Made by a program: the position numbers and the translations under genes. A stretch of 20,000 nucleotides of DNA, taken from positions 55,697 to 75,696 of IMG/VR virus record IMGVR_UViG_3300028586_000021; one strand, given 5' to 3'. How positions within the stretch are numbered: the first letter of the stretch is position 1; every line of letters starts with the position of its first letter. Shown here piece by piece: positions 7,263 to 16,669 of this stretch. The DNA is from an uncultured virus (IMG/VR IMGVR_UViG_3300028586_000021) (lineage: Duplodnaviria > Heunggongvirae > Uroviricota > Caudoviricetes). The notes under the pieces are model-generated. The model had not been told where the DNA came from, did no database searches, and saw only the letters and a list, made by a program, of their open reading frames with translations.

Positions 7263-8434
7263 TGGGTACCCCTCAAGAAAACCTTGCGGCTGGAAAAGCT
7301 GAGCTTGAGAGATTAAAAACTCAAGCTGGCACCTCGATGGCTGAATACAAGTTCCTAAAAGAACAAGGCAAATGGAACGAAAGCGCAGCAGCTGCGGCCG
7401 TCGCCATGAAGCCACGAGTTCAGGCCGAGCTTACTGCGTACGAAAAGAAAGAGATTGAAGTTGAAGAAGTACTTCAGCCAGCAGCCGATGCGGCCGAAGA
7501 AGCAGCTTCAAACGCAGCTAAAAGTCAAACGCTGAACGCAGCTGAAACTCTCAAGAACATTAAGGATGTTCCTGGCGTTGCGGGAGCCAAGATTCTCACG
7601 GTCCAATCTGATGGTCTATTTGCTGATGGTGCCTTGCCAGGTGCGGCAGCAAGTGGGATCGCATCTGCGCAACAGACCGCATCCGAAGTTGCGCGAGACG
7701 TTGGTGGCTCCGGTGTTGCCAATACTGTTACGCCAGAAGTTGGTGGCAATCGCTTGATCAAAGCTGGCCATACGACTGAAGACTTCAAAATGAAGCTTCG
7801 CTCTAAGCAAACAGGCTTTACGATCGTATTCGATGTGACTCCATCCATCGACGAATCTCGTTCAGCGAACTATGAACACATCACGCCTGTACACCATCCA
7901 GGAACGATTCAGGTGTACAAGAACACTGAGGCTAGACAATTCAACATCACCGTTAAATTGATTGCCCGTACGGCCGCAGAAGCGTCCATGAATGTGAAGT
8001 ACATCAATGCGATCCGTTCATGGGTCATGCCATACTACGGTCAAGGTACCGCAAACAGTTCAGAGTCAAATCGTCTTGGCGCGCCACCGGACATTCTTGT
8101 CTTTGATGTGTATGGTGACAAAAACATTTCAGCGTTGCCTGTTGTACTGACAAGCTACCACTGGGTGTATCCGGATATAGTGGACTTCATCCCGACTGAG
8201 GATGGCATTCCATTCCCAACCATCATGGATATTTCACTGTCACTGATTGAGTCATATTCGCCAGAAGAATATACGAACTTCGACATTACGGCATACCGTA
8301 CTGGCAACATGGCAAATGCATATTCATTCGCTTCTGTGCCAGGCCAAGTCGTCCTTCCGGATGCTGACATGGCATCGGATGCTGAAGCTGAAATGCGTGC
8401 CATCGCTGAAGGCTACCCAGATGGATACTTTTAA
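7262..8434 (+). CDS. Putative tail tube initiator / baseplate-tube junction protein (gp48/gp54-like) with Ala-rich N-terminal extension
   Basis: The C-terminal half has a tube-like pattern (FDVTPSIDESRSANY ... GAPPDILVF ... PVVLTSY ... FPTIMDISLSLIE). It lies upstream of the gp53-like gene and is TAATG-coupled to the preceding gene. Confidence 0.6.
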   Translation: MGTPQENLAAGKAELERLKTQAGTSMAEYKFLKEQGKWNESAAAAAVAMKPRVQAELTAYEKKEIEVEEVLQPAADAAEEAASNAAKSQTLNAAETLKNIKDVPGVAGAKILTVQSDGLFADGALPGAAASGIASAQQTASEVARDVGGSGVANTVTPEVGGNRLIKAGHTTEDFKMKLRSKQTGFTIVFDVTPSIDESRSANYEHITPVHHPGTIQVYKNTEARQFNITVKLIARTAAEASMNVKYINAIRSWVMPYYGQGTANSSESNRLGAPPDILVFDVYGDKNISALPVVLTSYHWVYPDIVDFIPTEDGIPFPTIMDISLSLIESYSPEEYTNFDITAYRTGNMANAYSFASVPGQVVLPDADMASDAEAEMRAIAEGYPDGYF

Positions 8435-8443
8435 GGAATAACA

Positions 8444-8818
8444 ATGTCAACAAATAGTACATACACTAAGAACTCGCGTTACACGCACGGTGGTTCAACC
8501 GAAGTGGATGGTAAGTTCCTTCAATGGTGGGATCGCAAAAAGTTCCCATATGACAACTCCGACGTGTACTACACATTGGAGAGAACATATGAAGGTCGCC
8601 CAGACAAACTCGCATCAATCTTCTACGGCGATTCGAGCGTTTGGTGGTTGATCCTCCAGTACAACAACATCCTCGATATCAACGACGAGTTTGTTGCTGG
8701 CGTGGAGCTTCGCATGCCGACAAAAGATCGTCTGCAACGTGATCTTCTATCTGGCAAATCTGGTGGCGTACCATCTACCAGAATTCAGCCAACGATCATT
8801 GGTCCTATCGTCAAGTAA
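8444..8818 (+). CDS. gp53-like / LysM-like baseplate wedge protein
   Basis: Motif EGRPDKLASIFYGDSSVWWLILQYN ... GVELRMP; SD AAGGA upstream. Confidence 0.8.
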   Translation: MSTNSTYTKNSRYTHGGSTEVDGKFLQWWDRKKFPYDNSDVYYTLERTYEGRPDKLASIFYGDSSVWWLILQYNNILDINDEFVAGVELRMPTKDRLQRDLLSGKSGGVPSTRIQPTIIGPIVK

Positions 8819-8828
8819 GTCAATTTTT

Positions 8829-8880
8829 ACATATGCTGTTGTTTGATAAATATTTTCACACATCGAACAATAGCATATGT
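8829..8880 (+). promoter_or_regulatory. Late promoter GATAAATA (8845-8852) within a 19-bp hairpin that sequesters the next start codon
   Basis: ACATATGCTGTTGTTTGAT (8829-8847) pairs with ATCGAACAATAGCATATGT (8862-8880), with two G-U pairs. ATG 8877-8879 lies in the 3' arm. Confidence 0.75.
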
Positions 8881-10805
8881 CATATCCTATAAATCCCCTA
8901 GACCACTACCAATCATACAGCTACCAGCACTTCCTAGTTGCCGCAAACAACACCGAAGTTCTGCGTCAGATTGAAACAAAAGAAATCAGTTTGGAAAGCT
9001 TGTCTCGCCTAAAGCATGGCGAATCGGTTGAGGGCGGAGAAGGATCAGTCGTGATGGTCCTCAATTCCGTTGTTGACTCTAAATTTTTCATCGACTCACT
9101 AAGCTATTCTGCCGTCTATGTAGACGTTTCCGAAGTGGGCTCTAAGTTTACCACCGCCACTGAAATGGACATGATTGTCCGTGAAACCGGTGGAGCAACA
9201 TTCATCAACTTCCTTCTAGACGTCAGCGATCGCTACCTCGAGACTAGCTATGACTCGGTATGCTTCATGCTCAAAACCTTCTTCGTTGGTCATGAAGCGA
9301 ATGGCAACACCACCGTTTACCCAACCACTCCTATCACCTTAATCCTCGGCAAAATGGATTCAAGCTTCGACTATTCTGGTGGCGTCCACACACTCAAGTT
9401 CTATGGTCTCTCAAACGGGGCCCCACTCAAGAATGACCGCACCCATTACGTCAACCGCAACCTAAACCTAGTCACGAGCGAGAATAGTATCCTCCTAAAG
9501 GACCTCATCGCTGACTTGGAAAAGAAACTCAACGCGCAGTTGGAAGAACAGTGGAAGGCTGTTCAGAAGGCATTTGGCAAAGGTCGCCGCGTCAAGTATA
9601 AGTTCACCATCCCTAAGGACTGGGAGAACTACAAGGTCAAGTCAACTAGCAAGGACAATTACATAGAACGTCTTTTCGTTAAGGAAGGCCAAGCAACAAA
9701 TACTGACCCGAACGCTAAGAAGAACGAAACGCAAACTAATCAGCCAGGCATCGAGTCTGATCGTTTCAAGACTTCAATGAATACCTCGGTCAAGACCACT
9801 GTGACTCAAATCCTATCTGAGATTTTCAAGCATTGCGATGAGATTCATGCCGCATTGGTTGGCAATCAAAAGTTGAAAGCTGAAGAGCAGCATCTCGCTA
9901 AACTTCACCAAGTAGTGGCCGGTTTGACAAGCGATAAAGACCTTGTTACTGTTCACTTTGACATCGTGAATTACTACTTGCCAAAGCTCAAGAGCGATAA
10001 AGAAAAAGCGATCGTTGAGAAGAAGACTGAACAGGAAATCAAGGCACAGAATGATCTTGAGTTTGACCAGTACGGCATCACGTATGACTACATTTTCACC
10101 GGCAAGAATTCAGACATCCTTCAAATGGATTTGAAAGCAAATCATACGAATACAATCTTGATTGGCAATCAAACTGGCGTACAGGAAGCTACTGGAAGCA
10201 TGACCGCTACCGACAAATCGGTTCAGACAGCAGCGCAAGATACGAACGCGAAGCCAGATGATAAGAAGGTGGAGACAACCACGATCATTCGTAAGCACGA
10301 TGCGATCTATTTGTCCGATGCGCCAGCTGATGCACAGCAAGGCTACATCTACGCCTCAGCAGACTCAGCACAGCTCCGCACCAAGTACATCAATATGCTG
10401 GCGCTGCTTGCAGCAAAGACGACGATGAATATGCATATTGTTGTTCGTGGCAATCCGGTGTTTATGAACCAAGTCGTTCGCCCATTGTTCCCGCATAATG
10501 AAACGGACTATGAGCGCAAGATTCGTGAACTGGAAGCTGACGCTGAAAAAAGAGCAAAGGGCAATGGTTCACATGATTCTGCCAAATCGATTTCGGTGAT
10601 GGGCGAAGCATCGACATACTTGCCACAATTCGTAAAGGTAAATATCAAGACTCCAGTTTTTGATGATTATGGCAACGTAACGAGCTACGACCCATTCTGG
10701 TACCAAGGCAGATACCGCGTCACCAAGATTAAGAACACATTTCAAAACGGACAATTTGTTCAAGAGCTTTACCTACTACCGTATGAACTACCAGGACAGA
10801 CCTAA
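8877..10805 (+). CDS. Putative baseplate hub protein (gp27/gpD-like position)
   Basis: 642 aa between the gp53-like and gp5-like genes. N-terminal NPLDHYQSYSY; C-terminal VRGNP ... GRYRVTKIKNTFQNGQFVQEL, typical of hub proteins. Confidence 0.65.
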   Translation: MSYPINPLDHYQSYSYQHFLVAANNTEVLRQIETKEISLESLSRLKHGESVEGGEGSVVMVLNSVVDSKFFIDSLSYSAVYVDVSEVGSKFTTATEMDMIVRETGGATFINFLLDVSDRYLETSYDSVCFMLKTFFVGHEANGNTTVYPTTPITLILGKMDSSFDYSGGVHTLKFYGLSNGAPLKNDRTHYVNRNLNLVTSENSILLKDLIADLEKKLNAQLEEQWKAVQKAFGKGRRVKYKFTIPKDWENYKVKSTSKDNYIERLFVKEGQATNTDPNAKKNETQTNQPGIESDRFKTSMNTSVKTTVTQILSEIFKHCDEIHAALVGNQKLKAEEQHLAKLHQVVAGLTSDKDLVTVHFDIVNYYLPKLKSDKEKAIVEKKTEQEIKAQNDLEFDQYGITYDYIFTGKNSDILQMDLKANHTNTILIGNQTGVQEATGSMTATDKSVQTAAQDTNAKPDDKKVETTTIIRKHDAIYLSDAPADAQQGYIYASADSAQLRTKYINMLALLAAKTTMNMHIVVRGNPVFMNQVVRPLFPHNETDYERKIRELEADAEKRAKGNGSHDSAKSISVMGEASTYLPQFVKVNIKTPVFDDYGNVTSYDPFWYQGRYRVTKIKNTFQNGQFVQELYLLPYELPGQT

Positions 10806-12067
10806 TGTTTGACAATCCAGATTCACTTAAAGGCTTACAGAACATCAACTTTACCACGATCGGTATTGTTGAAGACACAAACGATCCAGCACAACAAGGT
10901 CGTTTGAAAGTTTACTGCCCATCAATCGACAACGAAGACCACACGATCGACGATCTTCCATGGACCTTGTACGCATCACCGTTTGGTGGTACCATCAAGA
11001 ATATGAAGGTTGGTCCTGAAGAAGATACGATCTATGGTCCGTCCGCGTATGGCATGTGGGCAGTCCCAAAGCAAGGTGCCACCGTCCTTGTTCAGTTCAT
11101 CAACGGTAACACGAACTTCCGTGTGTGGACCCATTGCTTGTTCCCGGCAATGTCCAACCGAGGAATGCCAGGTGGTCGTGGCTATGACATCACTAAGTCG
11201 AAGCCATTCCCGCCCGGTCCTTATTCGGACTCATACGAAGATATGCAGCCAGCAAAACGCAACCTCGAAGAGGCTGGCTTAAATGACAAACACTACTTTA
11301 CGAGAGGCGGATATGAACGTCAGATTGCTCAAGCTCTTACGGACAAGGATGGTTCCGACGGCTACGCTAAGAATCCTAATAAAACAGATGACAAAGCTCT
11401 AGACCCACAAGGTTACTGTATCGTCACGCCTGGCCGTCACTACATTTCTATGCAAGATCAGCCAGACTTCTGCCGCGTTCGAATCAAGACGACCACTGGT
11501 CACCAGATCATCATGGACGACACGAACGAGCGTATCTACATTTCAACCAACAAAGGCAAGACATGGTTTGAGATGGACACTGATGGCCATATTCACTTCT
11601 ATGGTCAGAAGTCAATTTCGTTTACTACGGATGAGGACTTCAATGTCACCGCCCTCGGCAACATCAACATGAACGCTGTTGGGTCGATCAACATGAAGGC
11701 CGGAGCAGACATCAGCCAAACTGCCGGAGCAAACATCAATGTGAATTCTGGTTGCAGCACATTGATTACTTGCGGTGACCACTTTGAAGCAAACGCTGCC
11801 TCAGATGCGAACATCACCTCTGGCGCAAAGTTCAACGTGAATGCTGGCGGCGCGGCAACAATCTCGACTTCAGCTGTACTTGGCTTAAAGGCCGGTGGAA
11901 ATCTATTAGCATCAGGTGCAAAGGTCCACCTCAACGGCCCGGCAGCTCCTGAAGCCCCTAAAGCGGCGAAGGCGCCACAAGCCCTAGAACCTGGCATTGT
12001 TCCTGAACACGAGCCATGGGGACGCCCTAAGAGCGATCAGGAACGCAACAAACATTGGAGACCATAA
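10805..12067 (+). CDS. gp5/VgrG-like central spike (OB-fold plus beta-helix, no lysozyme domain evident)
   Basis: GIVEDTNDPAQQGRLKV, WAVPKQGATVLVQF, IKTTTGHQIIMDD, 8-residue repeats (GNINMNAV GSINMKAG ADISQTAG) and C-terminal VPEHEPW. Confidence 0.85.
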   Translation: MFDNPDSLKGLQNINFTTIGIVEDTNDPAQQGRLKVYCPSIDNEDHTIDDLPWTLYASPFGGTIKNMKVGPEEDTIYGPSAYGMWAVPKQGATVLVQFINGNTNFRVWTHCLFPAMSNRGMPGGRGYDITKSKPFPPGPYSDSYEDMQPAKRNLEEAGLNDKHYFTRGGYERQIAQALTDKDGSDGYAKNPNKTDDKALDPQGYCIVTPGRHYISMQDQPDFCRVRIKTTTGHQIIMDDTNERIYISTNKGKTWFEMDTDGHIHFYGQKSISFTTDEDFNVTALGNINMNAVGSINMKAGADISQTAGANINVNSGCSTLITCGDHFEANAASDANITSGAKFNVNAGGAATISTSAVLGLKAGGNLLASGAKVHLNGPAAPEAPKAAKAPQALEPGIVPEHEPWGRPKSDQERNKHWRP

Positions 12068-12447
12068 TGGCATCACAGAAAATCTTTTACAAAGGCTTCT
12101 CGTCACGCAACGCCAGCAAGCCTGGCGGCTCATACACCTTGACCAATAAGGACTTGGTGAATGAAGACTTGTTGAATCACATCTTCACTGAGTACTTTGA
12201 ACGTCCACACATGCCATCGTTTGGTACAAGAATTCCTTCACTGGTCTTCGAACCAAACGATGCGCAAGTTAGAGGAATCATCGAAGAGGACCTACGCAAA
12301 GTGTTCAACTATGATCCACGAGTCAAGTTGATGAATCTTGATGTCATGTCGCTTCCGGATAACAATGCGATTGTCGCGGTAGCAACGTTGCTATACATCG
12401 AGTTGAAGGTCACAGGAGACCTCAAAATCGAGGTTTACTCAAACTAA
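12067..12447 (+). CDS. gp25-like baseplate wedge protein
   Basis: YKGFSS, ERPHMPSFGTRIPSLVFEP and YDPRV. The start is placed at ATG 12067 (TAATG overlap with the spike stop) rather than 12055. Confidence 0.9.
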   Translation: MASQKIFYKGFSSRNASKPGGSYTLTNKDLVNEDLLNHIFTEYFERPHMPSFGTRIPSLVFEPNDAQVRGIIEEDLRKVFNYDPRVKLMNLDVMSLPDNNAIVAVATLLYIELKVTGDLKIEVYSN

Positions 12448-12453
12448 TAAATA
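12446..12453 (+). promoter_or_regulatory. Late promoter-like AATAAATA upstream of gp6
   Basis: The octamer overlaps the gp25 stop, about 35 nt before the gp6 ATG, with SD AGGA at 12477-12480. Confidence 0.6.
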
Positions 12454-12487
12454 CCAGATTATTCCACATAGATCATAGGAAAAATTC

Positions 12488-15400
12488 ATGGCCGTAACAT
12501 CACTTTATGCAGCCGAAACTTGGGACAGAGTTTACCAAGCTTTCGACAAGATCAACTTCGTGTCCTTTGATTACGAGTCCGTCAAGGAATCTCTAATCCA
12601 GTACATGAAGTTGTACTATGCTGAACAGTTCAATGACTACATTGAAACCTCAGAACTGATCGCAGTCATTGACGCTTTCGCGGTTGTAGCAGAACAATTG
12701 GCGTACCGTATCGATATGGCGAGCCATGAAAACTTCATTTCGACTGCTGAACGTAAGCAGAACATTCTGAAGTTGGCGAAGCTTATCTCGTACAATTCGT
12801 CACGTAACCTGCCAGCTCGCGGCCTTGTGAAGCTAACTTCAATCTCGACTTCTGAGTCGATCATTGACTCACAAGGTAATGACATCAGCAATCGTACCAT
12901 CGTCTGGAACGACAGCAACAACGCCCTTTGGAAAGAGCAATTCTTCTTGATCATGAATCGTCTCATGACCAAGCCATTCGGGCAGCCAATCAAGTCATTC
13001 CAAGTTGGCGACATCGCTTTCCAACTATACTCATTCAACAACTCTCGCGGCAGCTTCACTCGTGGTGTGCATGGCTATCAAGTCAGCACCAACACTGAGA
13101 CTGTCCCAATGGAAATCGTTCCATCTGACCTAGATGCAGATGGCGTGTTTGAGAAGGCACCTGATGCTAACTCGACTATGCAAGTCGTTTACTCAAACGA
13201 CGGTCTAGGCGACGGCTCAGACATGACCGGCTTCTTGATGTACACGAAGCAAGGTACATTGTCGAATCTACCGCTTTCATTCGAGACTCCGATCCCGAAC
13301 CAAGTGGTTGACATCAACCTCCAGAACATCAACAACGTCGACGTATGGATCAATAAGGTCGATACCTCAGGCAATACACTTGAACGTTGGGAGCAAGTGT
13401 CTGCAATCAATGCACAGAACATCTACTTCAACGTGGACAAGAACCGCAACAAGTTCGAAGTCGAAACGTTGGAGAACGACCGCATTCGCCTACTATTTGG
13501 CGACGGCAACTTCGCATCTATTCCGGTTGGCAACTTCAACGTGTGGGTTCGTCAGTCCCTGAACTCGAACATCGTGATTCAAAAGAATCGCGTGGTGAAC
13601 ATGCCAATGGGCTTCACCTATAACTCGACCTTCGACGTGGCTGAATCTGCGAGCTTGACTTTCTCACTCGTCAGCACCCTACAGAACTCAGCGGCGAGCG
13701 AAGACATCGAGCACATTCGTCGCACCGCGCCATCAACCTACTACTCACAAGGTCGTATGGTCAATGGTCAAGACTATAACACTTTGCTGCTACGCGATCC
13801 ATCGATCCTAAAGCTCAAAGCCGTTAACCGTACCTTCGCCGGACAGCCAAAGTATATCGACTGGAACGACGCGTCTGGCAACTACCAGAACGTCAAGATT
13901 TTCGGTGATGACCTTCGCATCTACTACGACATGAAACAGAACTCGAACATCTCGACTCTGTCCTCACGTGCGTTGATTGACTCTGCGATCGAGCCAATGC
14001 TCAAGACCTCAAACATCTTGAACATCCTCACGTACATGACTTCGCAGCATAGCCAGCTACGTGACGTTGTTACCAACCCACGCTACAAGTTCATCGAAGA
14101 TTCAAAGCTTGGTGTGTTTGAGAAAACTGCAATTCAAGGTAAGCTTGATCGTCACTTCTATGGCGAACCAAAAGAGAACGTGCTGATCAATGGCGTGACT
14201 TGCGCTGTAGTGTCAAACGACGCCGATCAGAAGATTTACAACGACACGATCTTTAGAACCATTGACGGAACCACTTCGTTGCCTCCTAACGGCCTCCAGG
14301 TCGCTTCTGAGCAACCTACCTTTGGTATCGGCTTCACCAACGAAGTCGGCTTCAATCGTGTTGGTGCCGATGATGCTGAACGTAAAGGTCTAGTGGTCTC
14401 GATGAATGTTAAGGAAGATGCGCCAGACGAAACATGGACCATTGAGTTCACCAACGATGGTACTGGCTCGGTAACCTTCTCAGTGACTGGTTCGAAATCC
14501 GGCCTCACTGGCTTGGCAACTGTCAATTCGGTCTTGCCTTATGAAAACGACAGCATCTCGTTCTCGATCATTCCTGGCATTATCGACTTCGCGCAAGGCG
14601 ATGCGTTCGTCTTCGATGTGAAAGGTGGAGTTGCAACTCAACGCGGCTTTATCTTTGGCGGTGTCCAATACGAAGGCGTGAACCTTGCTGGTCGCTGGTA
14701 CACCATCGATGGCGAATCGCTGAACGACGATGCAGACTTCGATCCGGCTTACTCAGGTACTTTGAACCAACCGCGCGATGATCGCTCGTGGATTTTCCGT
14801 ATCCATCGTAATGATGATCCAGTGACTGGCAACGTACTTGAATGGGAGATTCGCTTCCGCGATTTGAAGATCGTTATTGAATCAGACACCACCAAGTTCT
14901 GGTACAACTCTGACTCATACATCATCGATCCAAATACCAAGAACCGTGTGCGCGATCGCGTAGCTCTGTTGAAGTCGAACTTGGGCAAGAGCAAAGCAAT
15001 GGCACTAGGCAAGAACAAGAACTTTGACGTGGTTGACGCTGTCCGCTTTGACAATGGTATTGTGAATGTGAACGCACTAGAAGTTCTACCGACCGATGCA
15101 AGCGGAACTTATCAATCCGGTGATGGTGTACCTGACGATAGCATGGGCTTCACTGAATTTGTGAACACTGGCTTTAAGCATGTCCATCAGCAAACTACTC
15201 CGTCGACTGTATGGACAATTGCTCACAACCTAAGCACCAACAAACCAGTGGTTGACTTCATGGGTCTCGAGCTGGGCACGATGACTAAAGTGGATGCGAA
15301 CAACATTACTGTGACGTTCCCAACTGCAACTGCTGGTAAGATTTCGGTGGCTAACTTTGACAACATCGACTACGTGTACTTTGACGTATCGAACATTGAG

Positions 15401-16123
15401 AATGATCCAAACAGCGCAGAAATTCCTGTGGCTGAAACGCCAGAGATTAAGAACAAGTTCGCTGTTGGTAATGCTGACGGTTATGTTCGTAAAATCGGTC
15501 GTAGTGGCCTGGACTTCTTGTGGCAACACTTCAGTCCGAACACTAATTTGATCGACCCGTCGACATCAAACATCATCGACATGTTCGTGCTAACTCGTGG
15601 TTACTTTGACAACGTTTCGTCGTACATCAATGGCACTAATAGCTACGTACCAGTCCCGCCGACTCCTCTGGAGCTACGCAACTCGTACAGTAACTTGCTA
15701 TCGACCAAGATGATTTCTGACACTGTTGTGATGCACTCCGGTAAAGTCAAAGTGTTGTTTGGTGACTTGGCTGAACCACAACTTCGTGCTCGCTTCCGTG
15801 TGATCAAGTCGCAAGCTTCGACGTTGACCGATGACCAGATCAAGGCGGAAATCGTGAAGGTCATCAACATGTTCTTCACCGTCGACAACTGGGACTTTGG
15901 TGATACGTTCTACGCGACTGAGTTGTTCTCGTTGATCCATCAGCGTTTGCCGCTTGATGTTGCTTCGGTTGTGTTGGTTCCTCTGTTCGTGAACAACTCG
16001 TTTGGTTCGATGTTCGTCATCGAATCTGGCGAGGATGAAATCCTACAGAGCTGCGCGACGATCAATGACATCGAAATCGTAAGCACTTATACTGCTACGA
16101 CACTAAGACAAAATCTAGCGTAA
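12488..16123 (+). CDS. gp6-like baseplate wedge protein, enlarged (1211 aa)
   Basis: FDYESVKESL, ENFISTAERKQNILKLAKLISY, LLFGDGNFASIP and EDIEHIRRTAPSTYYSQGRMVNGQDY; follows gp25. Confidence 0.9.
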   Translation: MAVTSLYAAETWDRVYQAFDKINFVSFDYESVKESLIQYMKLYYAEQFNDYIETSELIAVIDAFAVVAEQLAYRIDMASHENFISTAERKQNILKLAKLISYNSSRNLPARGLVKLTSISTSESIIDSQGNDISNRTIVWNDSNNALWKEQFFLIMNRLMTKPFGQPIKSFQVGDIAFQLYSFNNSRGSFTRGVHGYQVSTNTETVPMEIVPSDLDADGVFEKAPDANSTMQVVYSNDGLGDGSDMTGFLMYTKQGTLSNLPLSFETPIPNQVVDINLQNINNVDVWINKVDTSGNTLERWEQVSAINAQNIYFNVDKNRNKFEVETLENDRIRLLFGDGNFASIPVGNFNVWVRQSLNSNIVIQKNRVVNMPMGFTYNSTFDVAESASLTFSLVSTLQNSAASEDIEHIRRTAPSTYYSQGRMVNGQDYNTLLLRDPSILKLKAVNRTFAGQPKYIDWNDASGNYQNVKIFGDDLRIYYDMKQNSNISTLSSRALIDSAIEPMLKTSNILNILTYMTSQHSQLRDVVTNPRYKFIEDSKLGVFEKTAIQGKLDRHFYGEPKENVLINGVTCAVVSNDADQKIYNDTIFRTIDGTTSLPPNGLQVASEQPTFGIGFTNEVGFNRVGADDAERKGLVVSMNVKEDAPDETWTIEFTNDGTGSVTFSVTGSKSGLTGLATVNSVLPYENDSISFSIIPGIIDFAQGDAFVFDVKGGVATQRGFIFGGVQYEGVNLAGRWYTIDGESLNDDADFDPAYSGTLNQPRDDRSWIFRIHRNDDPVTGNVLEWEIRFRDLKIVIESDTTKFWYNSDSYIIDPNTKNRVRDRVALLKSNLGKSKAMALGKNKNFDVVDAVRFDNGIVNVNALEVLPTDASGTYQSGDGVPDDSMGFTEFVNTGFKHVHQQTTPSTVWTIAHNLSTNKPVVDFMGLELGTMTKVDANNITVTFPTATAGKISVANFDNIDYVYFDVSNIENDPNSAEIPVAETPEIKNKFAVGNADGYVRKIGRSGLDFLWQHFSPNTNLIDPSTSNIIDMFVLTRGYFDNVSSYINGTNSYVPVPPTPLELRNSYSNLLSTKMISDTVVMHSGKVKVLFGDLAEPQLRARFRVIKSQASTLTDDQIKAEIVKVINMFFTVDNWDFGDTFYATELFSLIHQRLPLDVASVVLVPLFVNNSFGSMFVIESGEDEILQSCATINDIEIVSTYTATTLRQNLA

Positions 16124-16161
16124 AAACAAAAATGGCTCCCAATTGGGAGCCATTTCTTTTT
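16122..16161. terminator. Bidirectional intrinsic terminator
   Basis: Perfect 26-nt palindrome AAATGGCTCCCAATTGGGAGCCATTT (16130-16155), flanked by A-rich and T-rich tracts, between convergent genes. Confidence 0.9.
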
Positions 16162-16173
16162 GAATCAAAACTA

Positions 16174-16548
16174 TTAGTCGTTCCAAGCCATGCCGATGAC
16201 GTTGGTATCGCCTTCTTCCCATGGATCAACGGTGAAGAATACGCCTTTCTTTGGGTCTTCCTTGCTGTAGATGAAGTCGCCTTTATAGCCATGTTGGCCT
16301 TTCTTGACTTCATATCCCGCCGCTTTGAAAGCGTCCACGATCTTTTTCATTTCTGCTTTGGTGATCGTTTCGCCTTCACCACCCATGCCACCAATACCAA
16401 ATTCGGTACTTGGGCGACCTTTTTCGATGATCGCTGCTAGCTCAGTTGCCCATGGTTTTAGCTTAACGCTTCCTTTGTTCTTAGCTTCGGCTAGCGGCGA
16501 TGGTTGGCCGCTGATCTTCGCTTCGAAGATGTCTATTAGTTTAGTCAT
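16174..16548 (-). CDS. Small late-expressed hypothetical protein, candidate internal head protein
   Basis: SD AGAGGA, its own GATAAATA promoter-like octamer and a shared terminator. N-terminus MTKLIDIFE-AK ... LAE-AK. Confidence 0.8.
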   Translation of the reverse strand: MTKLIDIFEAKISGQPSPLAEAKNKGSVKLKPWATELAAIIEKGRPSTEFGIGGMGGEGETITKAEMKKIVDAFKAAGYEVKKGQHGYKGDFIYSKEDPKKGVFFTVDPWEEGDTNVIGMAWND

Positions 16549-16580
16549 TTGATTCCTCTGATATAGGAGATGTTATTCCA

Positions 16581-16588
16581 TATTTATC
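16581..16588 (-). promoter_or_regulatory. Late promoter-like GATAAATA
   Basis: The plus strand reads TATTTATC, about 33 nt upstream of the minus-strand ATG at 16548. Confidence 0.6.
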
Positions 16589-16629
16589 ACTTGAGCCATA
16601 ATATCACAAATTTTAAGAAACGGACATTT

Positions 16630-16637
16630 TATAAATA
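16630..16637 (+). promoter_or_regulatory. T4-type late promoter TATAAATA
   Basis: Perfect consensus 32 nt upstream of ATG 16670. Confidence 0.75.
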
Positions 16638-16669
16638 TCTCCATAACGAATACCAAATGGAAGAAGTTA

